DNA of 64,000 nt, taken from assembly GCF_004010195.1 (NCBI RefSeq), contig NC_057719.1:1107945-1171944 (forward strand), in the 5' to 3' direction. The notes under the pieces are model-generated. The model searched no databases. It worked only from the letters and a program-made list of their open reading frames with translations, and was not told the DNA's origin. Source of the stretch: Chiloscyllium plagiosum. Its lineage: Eukaryota. Made by a program: the position numbers and the translations under genes. Below, piece after piece: positions 47,738 through 59,780 of this stretch (position 1 is its first letter; each line of letters starts with the position of its first letter).

Positions 47738-48609
47738 GTGAGTCGGCAGCAGGTGACTGAAAAAGCGGCTTTAGCCAACAACAACCTGCTGCGTTTACAT
47801 CGCGCCTCGGCAAACAATTTTCACTTACACGTCGCTTTACCCTCTCTCCTGTATGGGCATAGTACCTTTTAAAGCCTTTACCAACACCTTGCATTCATAT
47901 AGTGCTTTAAAGGACTAACAACCACGCACATTGATATAGCGCCGAGACGCCCTTAGAACTGCCCGCACTGACCTCGCGCCCTGACCCCCCCCCCCCCAAA
48001 CGCATTGTTCAAACTTCTTGAAAACCTCTCCTCCCCCATTGACATAGCGCCTTTTAAATATTATCAGTCTACATTGATGTAGTACCTTTACATCATAGAA
48101 GTTCTACTTGACACCTAAGTCTGGAAGATATTCAGTTAAATAGCTAAAAGTTTGGTTTAAAGCAGGGCAGGAAGGAGGAATGTGAGGTGAGGACAGTGCA
48201 TGAAGGTTATACCAGAGCTTAGGACCCCAGGCAACTCGGGTCATAGACTCCATTGGACAGTGATGATAATTGGAAATACTCCAGATGGTAGAATTACTGG
48301 AGTGTGGAGATCTGAGGGTTTATTTGATAGAGAGATTAGGAGAGACAGAAGCAGTGGCTGGAAGTGAGAACACAGTTTTTAAAACTGAGAAAATTTGTTG
48401 TTGGACCAGGAGCCTGAATAGACTAGCAGACATAGGGACTGATAAGGTGAACAGGCAGTAGAGGTCTTTTTGAATTTCCACCCATGTCAGAATCCATTCG
48501 GGCTGAACATTAATTTAAAGTTAAAGTATGGCACGGACTTAAGGCTTGTCTGAGACTGCACCAGGAGTATTATGTATGTTTTAAATCTCCTTAACTATGG
48601 AAATATAGA

Positions 48610-49910
48610 CTTAGACAATGGGTGCAGGAGTTGGCCATTCTGCCCCTTGAGTCTGCACCACCATTCAATATGATCATGGCTGATCATCCTTAATCAGTAT
48701 CCTGTTCCTGCCTTATCTCCATAACCCTTGATTCCACTATCCTTGAGAGCTCTATCCAACTCTTTCTTAACTGAATCCAGAGACTGGGCCTCCACTGCCC
48801 TCCTGCGGCAGAGCATTCCACACAGCCACCACTCTCTGGGTGAAGAAGTTTCTCCTCCTCTGTCCTAAATGGTCTACCCCATATTTTTAAGCTGTGTCCT
48901 CTGGTTCGGCACTCACATGTTTCCAGAGTGTCCAATCCTTTAATAATCTTATGTCTCAATCAGATCCTCTCTGTCTTCTAAACTCAAGGGTATACAAGCC
49001 CAGCCGCTCCAGTCTTTCAGCGTAGGGTAGTCCTGCCATTTCACCCTGCCACCCAGCTTAGTATCATCAGCAAATTTGCTAATGTTATTACTAATACCAT
49101 CTTCTATATCATTAACATATATTGTAAAAAGCTGCGGTCCCAGCACTGATCCCTGCGGTACCCCACTGGTCACTGCCTGCCATTCCGAAATGGAGCCATT
49201 TATCATTACTCTTTGTTTCCTATCAGCCAACCAACATTCAATCCAAGTTAGTACTTTGNNNNNNNNNNNNNNNNNNNNNNNNNNNNNNNNNNNNNNNNNN
49301 NNNNNNNNNNNNNNNNNNNNNNNNNNNNNNNNNNNNNNNNNNNNNNNNNNNNNNNNNNNNNNNNNNNNNNNNNNNNNNNNNNNNNNNNNNNNNNNNNNNN
49401 NNNNNNNNNNNNNNNNNNNNNNNNNNNNNNNNNNNNNNNNNNNNNNNNNNNNNNNNNNNNNNNNNNNNNNNNNNNNNNNNNNNNNCACCAATTCCTGGCA
49501 AATATAAATTCCCTTCAGTTCAGGTCTTTCAGCCACTGTTACCTCTGGGAGATTGCTTGTGTCATCCCCAGTGAACACAGCTGAAGTATCAATTCAATTC
49601 TTCTGCCATTTCTTTGTTCCCTGTAATATATTCCCCTGTTTGTCTTCAAGGGCCCAATTTTAGTCTTAACCTTTTTTTTGCCTTTCACATGCCTTTTACT
49701 GTCCTCCTTTATATTATTGGCCTATTTACCTTCGAACCTCATCTTTTTTTTCTGCATATTTCCTTCTTAGTAATCCTCTGGTGTTCTTTAAAAGCTTCCC
49801 AGTCCTCTGTTTTCCCACTTATCTTTGCTGTGTTATACCTTTTTTCTCTTTTAACTTTGTTTCTTAACTTCCCTCGTCAGCCACGGCCACCCATGCCTCC
49901 TCCTAGGACT
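48610..49910 (-). mobile_element. CR1 LINE fragment in the putative HSP70 intron 1
   Basis: VTSGVPQGSVLGPQLFTIYVND...KFADDTKLGG. Confidence 0.88.
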
Positions 49911-50334
49911 TGATCTCATTTTACGTGTATTTTGTTACAAACTAGTAAAGTGTTGTATTCTGTCCAACTTTGGTGTCATCTTAAAACAAAAATAAACCAA
50001 AGCATGAAATATAAAGGCAGAAAAATAAGTTCAATTTTTCAGTCCTTCATGTCAAGTGCTTAGCCATGGGGCTGGAGCGTACAGCCATGGGTCCCCTCGC
50101 TGAATAGCTGGTACAAGACTTGCCACTCTTGGGTCCCATCTCGCATTCCCTGATGTTACCATAAGTCCTCACTGGACCTTGCCAATGCAGTTGCCATCAG
50201 TCCAACACTGCCCCAAACTAGAATCTGTCACCACTGCCAAGCATCTGTTCCAGGTCCACCTTGCTGGAGGTTTGACTGGGTTGAATGGCATATCCCTGTA
50301 ACAATGTACACCCTCTGACTTATTCAGTTAATGG

Positions 50335-50942
50335 TTGGGCAGGTGGACAGGGTAGTGAAAAAGGCATTTGGCATGTTTGCTGTTGTTGATCAGAACATTG
50401 AGTTTAGGAATTGGGAGTCATATTGCAGCTGTACATGACATTGAGGCCATACTTAGAATGCTGTGTACAATCCTGGTTGCCTTTCTACAGGAAGGATGTT
50501 GTTAAATTTGAAATGGTGCCGAAAAGAATTTTGCCAGGACTGGAGCATTTGAGTTATAAGGAATGGTTGAATAGGCTGGGGTACTTTCTGTGGTGCTTTG
50601 GAAGCTGAGGGATGACCTTATCGAGCTTTAAATCATGAGTGAATAGACAGTCTCTTTCCTAGTATGGGGGAGTCCAAAACTGGAGAATATGGGTTTAGGT
50701 CAGATGGGAAAGATATTAAAGGGACCTGAGGGACAACCTTTTTTATGTAGAAGGTGGTATGTAGGGAATGAACTACCAGAGGAATTCATGAAGGTAGGTA
50801 CAATTGTAATGTTTGAAAGGCATCCAGATGGGTACAGGAATAGAAAGGTTTAGAGGGATATGGGACTAGGTAAGATTGGGACGTCTGGTCAGCATAGATG
50901 AGTTGGACTGAAGGGTCTGTTTTGTGCTGACTCAATGACTCT
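50335..50942 (+). mobile_element. CR1 3' end
   Basis: QLYMTLRPYLECCVQSW...LNRLG; tail. Confidence 0.8.
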
Positions 50943-51554
50943 TTTTAAAATGCATGTCTCTTTGGTGGTATTATGAAAAATGTAGCTGACCACTTGCTGA
51001 GATACTTCAGGGAAAGGTGGTGGCTTGGTAATGTCCTAGGACTATAATCCAAAACTCCAGGTTAATTCTCAAGCATAAGGTGACATTTAAATTCAATTTT
51101 AAAAAGCTGGGAATAGAAAGCTAGCACTATGCTGACCATGTACCCATAGTGGGTTGTCATTAAAAAGTCATCTGCTTCACAAATGTCCTTTTTTTTTAGG
51201 GAAGGAAATCTCCCAATATTGCTTGGTCTGGTCAACATGTGACTCCAGAACCACAGCAATGCACTTGACTTGCAATTGCCCTCTGGCAATGAATACTGAC
51301 CTAGCCAGTGACACCATCGTTCTGAGAACGTATAATTTCTTAATTCCTGACACTAAACTGAGCTTCTGAAGCCTGATCAATGATTTTTCTTAGATGGCTA
51401 ACTTGGTGTCAAGCTTTTATGGAGGGGCAAGTAGCCATCTCTTCAAGGGCTGCCCTTTTTCCCTTGCAGTTGCTCCATGGAGTTTGAGGTGAATGAAGTG
51501 GTAAAGCACTCTGGACTGCCAGAGCGCATGTGTCGTGAAATCCAGTGATTCTGT

Positions 51555-53367
51555 AAAGAGAGTAGGGGCACACTTAAGAGAAATCAGAATGGCAAAAAGG
51601 TGATATGAGATGATCTTGGCAGATAAGGTTACGAATAATCCAAAAAGATTCTACAAGTACATTAAGGGCAACGAGAGAGAATGGGGCCCTTTTAAAGGTC
51701 AACAAAGCTGTCCTGTGTGGAACCACAGATGAGTGTGATACTAAACAAATATTTAGCCTCAGCTGTACTGTGGCAGAAGACACAGAAGTGAGTGCCAAGA
51801 AATAAATCTGATGAAAACCGTCCACATTATGGAAATGTTGGAGATTTTAAAAAGCAGAAGGGCCCTGTCAGATATTTGCATCACCCACAGACACGGGTGA
51901 GGTGCTAGAAGATTGGAAGGTGGTTAATGTTGTTTATTTAAGAAAAGTTGCAAGGAAAAGCCAGGGATCTATAGATTGGAGTCTGATATCAGTAGTGGGT
52001 AAGTTGTTGGAAAGGTTTGCATGGATTTGGAGAGGCAAAGACTGATTCGGGGCAGTCAGCATAGCTTTCTAAGTGGGGAATTGTGTCTCACTAACTTGAT
52101 TGCACTTTTGAGGATTCTCCTGATTCTCTGATAGAACATAAAACAGTGCGGCACAGTACAGGCCCTTCGACCTTCTGTTGTGCCGAAGATCAGACTAACT
52201 GACATTCCCTTCGTCTTACTATCATCCATAAGTCGCTTAAATATCTCTAATGTAGCTGACTCTACTACCATTGCTGGCAGTGCATTCCACACACCTCACT
52301 CACTATGTAAATAACCTATCTACCCCAGGTTGTCATTTATCTGAATGACTTTATAATAACTGGGAAGACCAAAAAAGACCTCTTCCATAAACATTCCTCC
52401 AATCACCTTAAAATGATGTCCCTTGTGTTAGACACTTCTGCCATGGGAAGTCTCTGGCTATCCACTCTCTAACTATGCCTCACTTCATCATAGAATCCCT
52501 ACAATGTGGAAACCGGCCACTAAGCCCAACAATTCCATACTGACTCTGAGTAACCCACCCAGACCCAATCCCCTCTTATTCTACACTTACCCCTAATGCA
52601 CCTAACTTACACAACCCTGAATACTATGGGCAATTTAGCGTGGCCAATTCACCTAACGTGCACATCTTTGGATTGTGGGAGTAGACCAGAGCAAACCCAT
52701 GCAGACATGTGGAGAATGTGCAAACTCCACACAGTCACCCGAGGCTGGAATCGAACCAGGGTCCCTGGTGCTGAGGCTGCATGGCTAATCACTGAGCCCC
52801 CATGCTGCCCTTGTATAGCTTGTACACCTTTATCAAGTCATATATCATCAGGATGCTGCCTAACCTGCTGTGCTTTTCCAGTGCCACACTTTCTTTTTGA
52901 CTTTTGAGGATGTGATCAAAATAGATGATGGCAGAGCATTAGGTGTTGTCTACGTGGACTTTAGCAAGACCTTTTGACAAGGTTCTGAGTGGTAGACTGG
53001 TTAATAAAATTAGATCACCTGGGATCTTGGGGGCCAGCCAATCAGCAAAAAATTACTTTGAAGGTAGGTGACAGGTGATGGAGAATTTTTATTTCAGACT
53101 GGAGGCCTGTGACCAGAAGTGTTCCACAGGAATCAGTGCTGGGTCTGCTTTTGCCAATTATATAAACTGTTTGGATGAGAATATAGGCAGCATAGTTTCT
53201 AAGTATGTGGAGGACACCAAAAATAGTACAGTGAAGAAGGTTATCTCCAGGTACAACAGGATTTTGATTAGCTGGGCTAATGGGCTGAGGAGTGCCAGAT
53301 GGAGTTCATTTCAGATAAATGCAAAGTGTTAGATTTTGGTAAGTAACGGTAGGACCCTGGGGAGTGT
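51555..53367 (+). mobile_element. CR1 ORF2 fragment (resumes at ~59975-60320 after the Gypsy element), with a nested minus CR1 tail and HE1 SINE (52488-52809)
   Basis: NPKRFYKYI, QHSFLSGELCLTNLI, YVDFSK. Confidence 0.75.
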
Positions 53368-53465
53368 TGTAGTTTTTGGCAGATTGCATTGACTGAGATC
53401 ATTGGCCCAGTTAACAAACCCAATCAATCAGGGAGCCCTGGGCAATTACATATAACCGGGATGTT

Positions 53466-53855
53466 AGCTGTCCTCAGCGCTGTCACCCCGGGCAGGTACC
53501 GGGGCGGGCTGCCCCAGAGGTGGTCGAAAGGTGCTGAGGGTGGTTAGTGAAGCCGGAAGGTGGGTAGGCTGTCCTGACTGCTGTCACCCTGGGCGGGTAC
53601 CGGGGCGGGCTGTCCTAGAGGTGGTCGAAAGGTGTGTCAGGGCAGACGAGCCAGAAGGCACGTAGGGGCGGGCTGAGATCCGGAAGGCTTGTGGGCTACC
53701 CTACACGCTGTCGTCCCAGGGATTCGACGTTTCGGGCGCATGCCCTTCTTCTTTGCTGCTCCTCTCCCTTGTAAAATTGCTGTCTCTTGTATGTAGCTAT
53801 AAATGTAACTGTTTGTTGTAAACTGTTTTTGTAATTTGTTTAATAAAATAAAAAA
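53466..53855 (+). mobile_element. Poly(A)-tailed, structured GC-rich retroposed insert in the 5' LTR
   Basis: 16-bp TSD ATATAACCGGGATGTT at 53450 and 53856; AATAAA plus A tail; internal 101-bp duplication. Confidence 0.85.
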
Positions 53856-53871
53856 ATATAACCGGGATGTT

Positions 53872-54095
53872 GGCACCGCAGGGAGTGGAGTGTCTTATTT
53901 CCCCTTCCAACTCTTTTTGATTTTAATCCCTGCCCTCCCCTCCCCTCCACTTTTTGATTACTCAGCATTGCCCTTTCTCAAAGGGGCACTGCTTGTCACT
54001 GGCTATTCATATGTTTCCATTCTTCCTGGTGGTGGAATATAAATATAGATTTAAACACTTGTTGTTTTCACTGTGGGGGGAACAAAAAGTAAATG
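53872..54095 (+). mobile_element. Tx1-clade L1 3' tail in the 5' LTR
   Basis: GCACCGCAGGGAGTGGAGTGTCTTATTTCCCCTTCCAACTC followed by the family 3' UTR. Confidence 0.8.
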
Positions 54096-56118
54096 GAACA
54101 TTCAGAATCTCCACTTGAAGGACTGACTCTGAGCTGGCTGGCCACACCTGGTGTACTGTGCACATGTAAATTAAGGGGACGACTTCAGTTCCAGCCTCCT
54201 ATGAGAAGCAGTTGGTACAGTTACCACAGATAGTAAAAGGCTTAGGCCCAAGCCTATTGGGGTAGAATTGGTTGAGAAAGATTCACCTAGATTAGCTCAA
54301 CACTGATTTGAAAATTGGCTGCCTCAGTGAAGTCCTCATGAAATACCCAGGGGTTTTCAGGAGGGGCTAGGAACTTTCAAAGGGGCCAAAGCCACTTGAC
54401 CTGTTAACCAAGAAGCAATTCAATTTTTTTGCAGGGCCCGCCATGTGCCATTTACCTTGCAAACAAAAGTAGAGGCAGAAATCAGGAGGCTGGAGAGCGG
54501 AAAAAAAATCATCAGTGCAATTTGCTAAATGGGCAGCACTGGTTGTACCAATTGTGAAGCCTGACAGCTCAGTTCACCTTTGAGGATTTTACAACCTTTG
54601 GCAACTGGATAAATGCAAAAGTGGTGGTGGGGGACTGCCCTTCACAAAGCTGGACATGAGACATGCCTACCTGCAATTATGAAATGTGGAGTTGCAGAAG
54701 TATGCCACAATTAATACCCACAACTGTTTGTATTAATATGAACCTGCCATTTTTGGGATATTATCAGCCTACATGCTTTTCCACAGAAATTTTGCAAGGG
54801 CTACCTCAGGTTGTCATTTATCTGAATGACTTGTTAATAACTGGGAAGACCAATAAAGAGAACTTGAAGAGTTTGGACATAATACTTAAATGTTTCACCA
54901 AGGCAGATGTATGTCTTAGAAGGGAAAAATGTGTTTCTGGTGCCCCAAGTAACCTGCTGGGTTACAGACTGGGTTAAGGGTGATCAAAGGTGCTTGGCTC
55001 CCACATCTGTACTGGAGCTTGGGGTTTTTTGGGTTAGTGAATTATTACAGGAAATTCATATGCAACCTGACTTCCATCTTGGCACCTTAACACCGGCTAT
55101 TGGAAAAAGTGTTAACTTTGGAAATGACTATGTTGCCAAGAAATAGCCTTTAGGAAAGTGTAAAAGCAACTATTGTCCTCTAAGGTGTTGGTCCACTATC
55201 CTCTGAAATGAGGCAGTGTTGACATGCAATGCTTTCCATACTGAATCTGGGTAGCATTGGCTCAGCTGTAGTCCAATGGAGAGGAATGCCCAATAGTGTA
55301 TGCTGCTTGGATTTTGGCTGGTGCTGAATGCACATACACCCAGATAGAGAAGGAAAGTTTCACTGTCAACTTTATGGAAGTTCACCCAATACATTATGGA
55401 TGTGAATTTGTCATAGTCACAGATCACAAACCCCTGCTAGGGCTACTTAAGGAAGACAAGGCAGTGCTGCCCATAGCTTCAAGTTGAAATCAGTGGTGCC
55501 TCTTATTTTCAGTGCGTGCAAGTAAGAACACTGTCTAGGAAGCCAAGTGGCTAATGCAGATGCCTTGAACTGCCTCTCTCTAGCAGATATTGCACCAACA
55601 GTGCCCCACCAGAAGAATCCATTCTGATTTAAACTTTATGGGCACCCTTCCTGTCGTCTCTAACAATATTCAACTGGCCGCAATGACATCCTGTCCTGGC
55701 AAAATTAAAACTGCTGGTGATAATGGGGAAGCAGAAGGGCCATCACAACCAGCAGTGAAACCTTTCTGGACCCAGTGAGACCAGATCACCATGAAGGATG
55801 GCATATTACTATGGGGAGCAAGTGTGATTGTCCTGAGCAAAGATCACTGCCAGATACTGACTGAACTCCATCATGGTCACCCAGAAGCTTCCAGAATGAA
55901 GATGTTGGGAAAACGTTGTCTGGTTGGATGCCAACATAGCTGCATTGGTGGGGCAGTGCCCAAAGACTGAAATTGACCCCACTGGCCTACATCCCCCAGA
56001 TTTGGTAGGGGAGGGATATAGTGATTGGAACCAGGTGGATTTCATTGACTGATCCTTGATTGGGGTTGCTCACCTGGGCCAATCAGGGAATCCTGGGCAA
56101 TGTGAATATTCTGTTTAT

Positions 56119-56389
56119 GTGGGTGGCACAGTGGTTAGCACTGCTGCCTCACAGCGCCAGAGACCCGGGTTCAATTCCAGCCTCGGGCGACTGACTGTGT
56201 GGAGTTTGCACATTCTCCCCGTGTCTGCATGGGCTTCCTCCCACAGTCTAAAGATATGCAGGTCAGGTGAATTGGCCATGCTAAATTGCCCGTAGTGTTA
56301 GGTTAGGGGTATAGGTGGGTTGCGCTTCGGCGGGTCGGTGTGGACTTGTTGGGCCGAAGGGCCTGTTTCCACACTGCTACGTAATCTAA
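56119..56389 (+). mobile_element. HE1-type V-SINE in the 3' LTR
   Basis: A box TGGCACAGTGG, B box GGGTTCAATTCC (56167-56178), V-SINE core, CR1-like tail. Confidence 0.88.
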
Positions 56390-56429
56390 AGTGAAGAGTT
56401 TGAGGTTTAAAAAAAAAAATTCTGTTTAT

Positions 56430-58140
56430 GGCCAACTGGCAGGAGCTGGAGGCCAAAGTCTCAGCTCGCCTAGGCCGCTGGACAGGACTGCTCCGAGTGC
56501 TATCTTACAGGAGGCGAGTGCTGGTCATAAACCAGCTGGTGGCCGCCATGCTGTGGTACCGGCTGGTCACTTTGGTCCCTCCTCCTGGCTTTGTCGCTGA
56601 CATCAAGAGAATGTTGGTCGATTTTCTTCTGGGACAAAAAGATGCACTGGGTCGCCGCGCAGGTTCTGAGTCTCCCTATTGAGGAGGGCGGTCAGTCGCT
56701 GGTATGCGTCCGCACCCAGGTCGTGACGTTCCGCCTTCAGACCTTACGGCGATACCTTTACGTCGAGCCTCCTCCTACGTGGTGCGCCCTGGCGACGTAT
56801 TTTTTCCGCCATGTGCGTAACCTCAACTACGACACGCAGCTCCTGTTCGTCGACCGTGACGGTTTGGAGGTCGCCTTCAAGACGCTGCCCGTCTTTTACC
56901 AGGACCTGATCACTGTCAGGAACATGGTCGAATCGCGTCGCGCCTACCCTCCGGCTGAAGTAGTGGCTGTCGTCAGGAAGCCGTTGCTCAGGAATCCGGA
57001 CCGCCCTACTCGCGGGTTCGAGTGGCTGTCGGAGGGGAGGGCCATGGCGGCGAGGGCGACCATGGTCGGGGATGTGCCGGGGGCCTGGGCTGGACGCTAC
57101 CGCAGGACATAGCGAGCAGGGCAGCGGTAGACATCCGGTACGTAGCCACCACCATCCGACGCCTTAAAACGGCGGTGCTTGGACCCGACGTAGTGCACCA
57201 GTTGGAGGACGCTCAGGTGTGCCAGTGGAGGGCTCTCTACGCGGGAGTCCTCCCCCTTTTCTCTTGGGGATCTGGGGTGGAGTGTGCTGCACACAGCAGT
57301 CCCCTGCAACCGCAGATTGCGGTGGTTCACGGACTCCCAGCCCAACTGCTTGTTCTGTGGAATCCATGGACCACATGTATATTGGGTGTGGGTGTTTGCA
57401 CTCCCTTTTTGATTTTCTGAAAAATCTCCTCCTCTGCTTTTGGTTGCACTTCTGTCGCATGCTCCTGATCTTTGGGCACCCGGTACGGAGGAAGGAGGGC
57501 AGGTCTGAAGACCTCCTCGTTGGTCTGCTTCTGGGCCTGGCCAAACTGGCCATTAACAGGTCCAGGCAATGGGCCGTGGAGGGGGTCGTTAGGGCCGACT
57601 GCCTGCCCCTCTTCCGCGGTTACGTTAGAGCCCGGGTGTCCTTGGAGACGGAGCACGCAGTGTCCACCAACACCCTGGAGTCGTTCAGGGACAGGTGGAC
57701 GCCGCAGCGAGTGGAGTGCATTATTTCCCCCTCCAACTCTATTTTGATTCAGTCCCTACCCTCCCCTTCACTGTTTTGATCACACAGCACTGCCCTTTGA
57801 TGTGAAGGACAGTGTTTGTCACTGGCCACCCGAGTGTTTTCCTATCTTCCTGGTGGTGGAAATTGAATAAAAAATTCGTGCACTTTGTGTCTTTCATTGT
57901 GTCTCACACTTGTGCACACACACACACCATGGGTGCTGGGGGAATAAATAAGCACTACTGCACTTAGGTGGTAGTGTGGGGGGAAAAAGAAAAAAAAAAC
58001 AGTAAATAGAGCACTACAGCAGTTAGGCGGTAGTGTGGGAAAAAGAATAAAGAGCACTGTAGTAAAAAAAAAGGAGTTAAAAAAAATAAATAAGCACATA
58101 GGGTTCTATTCACTCTGAGAGCTGGAGAAGAGAAAAAAAA
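56430..58140 (+). mobile_element. Tx1-clade L1, 5'-truncated copy 1
   Basis: ORF2 C-terminal half (NWQELEAKV...RVLVINQLVAAMLWYRL, C..C...H....C knuckle), frameshifted, with a ~250-bp internal deletion; 3' UTR with duplicated tail. Confidence 0.9.
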
Positions 58141-58149
58141 ATTCTGTTT

Positions 58150-59780
58150 ATGGCCAACTGGCAGGAGCTGGAGGCCAAAGACTCGGCTCACCTAGGCCAC
58201 TGGACAGGACTGCTCCGAGTGCTATCTTACAGGAGGCGAGTGCTGGTCATAAACCAGCTGGTGGCCGCCATGCTGTGGTACCGGCTGGTCACTTTGGTCC
58301 CTCCTCCTGGCTTTGTCGCTGACATCCAGAGAACGTTGGTCGATTTCTTCTGGGACAAAAAGATGCACTGGGTCGCCGCGCAGGTTCTGAGTCTCCCTAT
58401 TGAGGAGGGCGGTCAGTCGCTGGTGTGCGTCTGCACCCAGGTCGTGACGTACCGCCTTCAGACCTTGCAGCGATACCTTTATGTCGAGCCTCCTCCTACG
58501 TGGTGCGCCCTGGCGACGTATTTTTCCCGCCAGGTGCGTAATCTCAACTACGACACGCAGCTCCTGTTCGTCGACCGTGACGGTTTGGAGGTCTCCCTCA
58601 AGACGCTGCCTGTCTTTTACCAGGACCTGATCACTGTTTGGAACATGGTCAAATTGCGTCGCGCCTACCCTCCGGCTGGAGTAGCGGCTGTCGTCAGGGA
58701 GCAGTTGCTCAGGAATCCGCAACTCCATACTCGCGGGTTCAAGTGGCTGTCGGAGGGGAGGGCCGTGGCGGCGAGGGCGACCATGGTCGGGGATGTGCTG
58801 GGTGCCGGGGTCCTGGGCTGGACACTGCCGCAGGACAAAGCGAGCAGGGCTGCGGTAGACGTCCGGTACGTGGCCACCGCCATCCGACGCCTTAAAACGG
58901 TGGTGCTCGGACCCGACGTAGTACACCAGTTGGAGGACGCTCAGGTGTGCGGTGGGATCCCGTCCGCGCTCACCCCAGCCCGGACGGAATTTCACATTGG
59001 CCCCAAGGTCCCGTACTTCCCGCGGGAGCCTGTGCCCCACAACCTGAGCCGCCTCCGAAATTTTAACTTTGTTTCGTTTAGGGAGGTGAACAGGAGAGCC
59101 CTGTACAGACTGCTGCTGCACACCGTCCACCTCTTCTCCCTCACCCACCGTCCGGACACGCCTTGGCGTCCCCATTTGCCACCGGGCGGTGGGGATCCCC
59201 AGTGGAGGGCTCTCTACGCAGGAGACCTCCCCCTTTCTCTCGGGGATCTGGGGTGGAGGGTGCTGCACGCAGCAGCCCCCTGCAACCGCAGATTGCGGTG
59301 GTTCACGGACTCCCAGCCCAACTGCTGGTTCTGTGGCGCTGTGGAGTCCGTGGACCACGTGTATATTGGGTGTGGGCGTTTGCACTCCCTTTTTGATTTT
59401 CTGAAAAACCTTCTCCTCTGCTTTTGGCTGCACTTCAGTCCCACGCTCCTGATCTTTGGGCACCCGGTACGGAGGAAGGAGGGCAGGTCTGAAGACCTCC
59501 TCGTGGGCCTGCGCATTATTTCCCCCTCCAACTCTATTTTGATTTAGACCCTACCCTCCCCTTCACTGTTTTGATCACACAGCATTGCCTTTTGTGAAGG
59601 GCACTGCTTGTCACTGGCCACTCGGGTGTTTTCCTGTCTTCCTGGTGGTGGAAACTGAATAAAGATTTGTGCACCCTTGTGTCTACACCTACACACACAC
59701 ACACACCATGGGTGCTGGGGAAAAAATAAGCACTACCGCAGTTAGGCGGTAGTGTGGGGGCATTAAAAGAAAAAAAAATA
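58150..59780 (+). mobile_element. Tx1-clade L1, 5'-truncated copy 2 (465-aa open ORF2 C-terminal fragment)
   Basis: Same 5' truncation point as copy 1; CWFCGAVESVDHVYIGC zinc knuckle; in-frame ~190-bp deletion near the C-terminus; poly(A). Confidence 0.92.

Noticed and set aside
47738..47760. Complete 101-aa mini-HSP70 ending GESAAGD*
   Set aside because: The last residues are read-through into a canonical intron donor.
53466..53650. Type III hammerhead or 7SL/SRP RNA derivative
   Set aside because: The topology and GAAA are suggestive, but there is no CUGANGA core and no recognisable SRP sequence. Kept only as an unknown structured RNA.
56119..56190. tRNA gene (A and B boxes); likewise 30265-30300 and 43880-43945
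   Set aside because: These are SINE heads that continue into V-SINE or other SINE bodies, with no complete cloverleaf.
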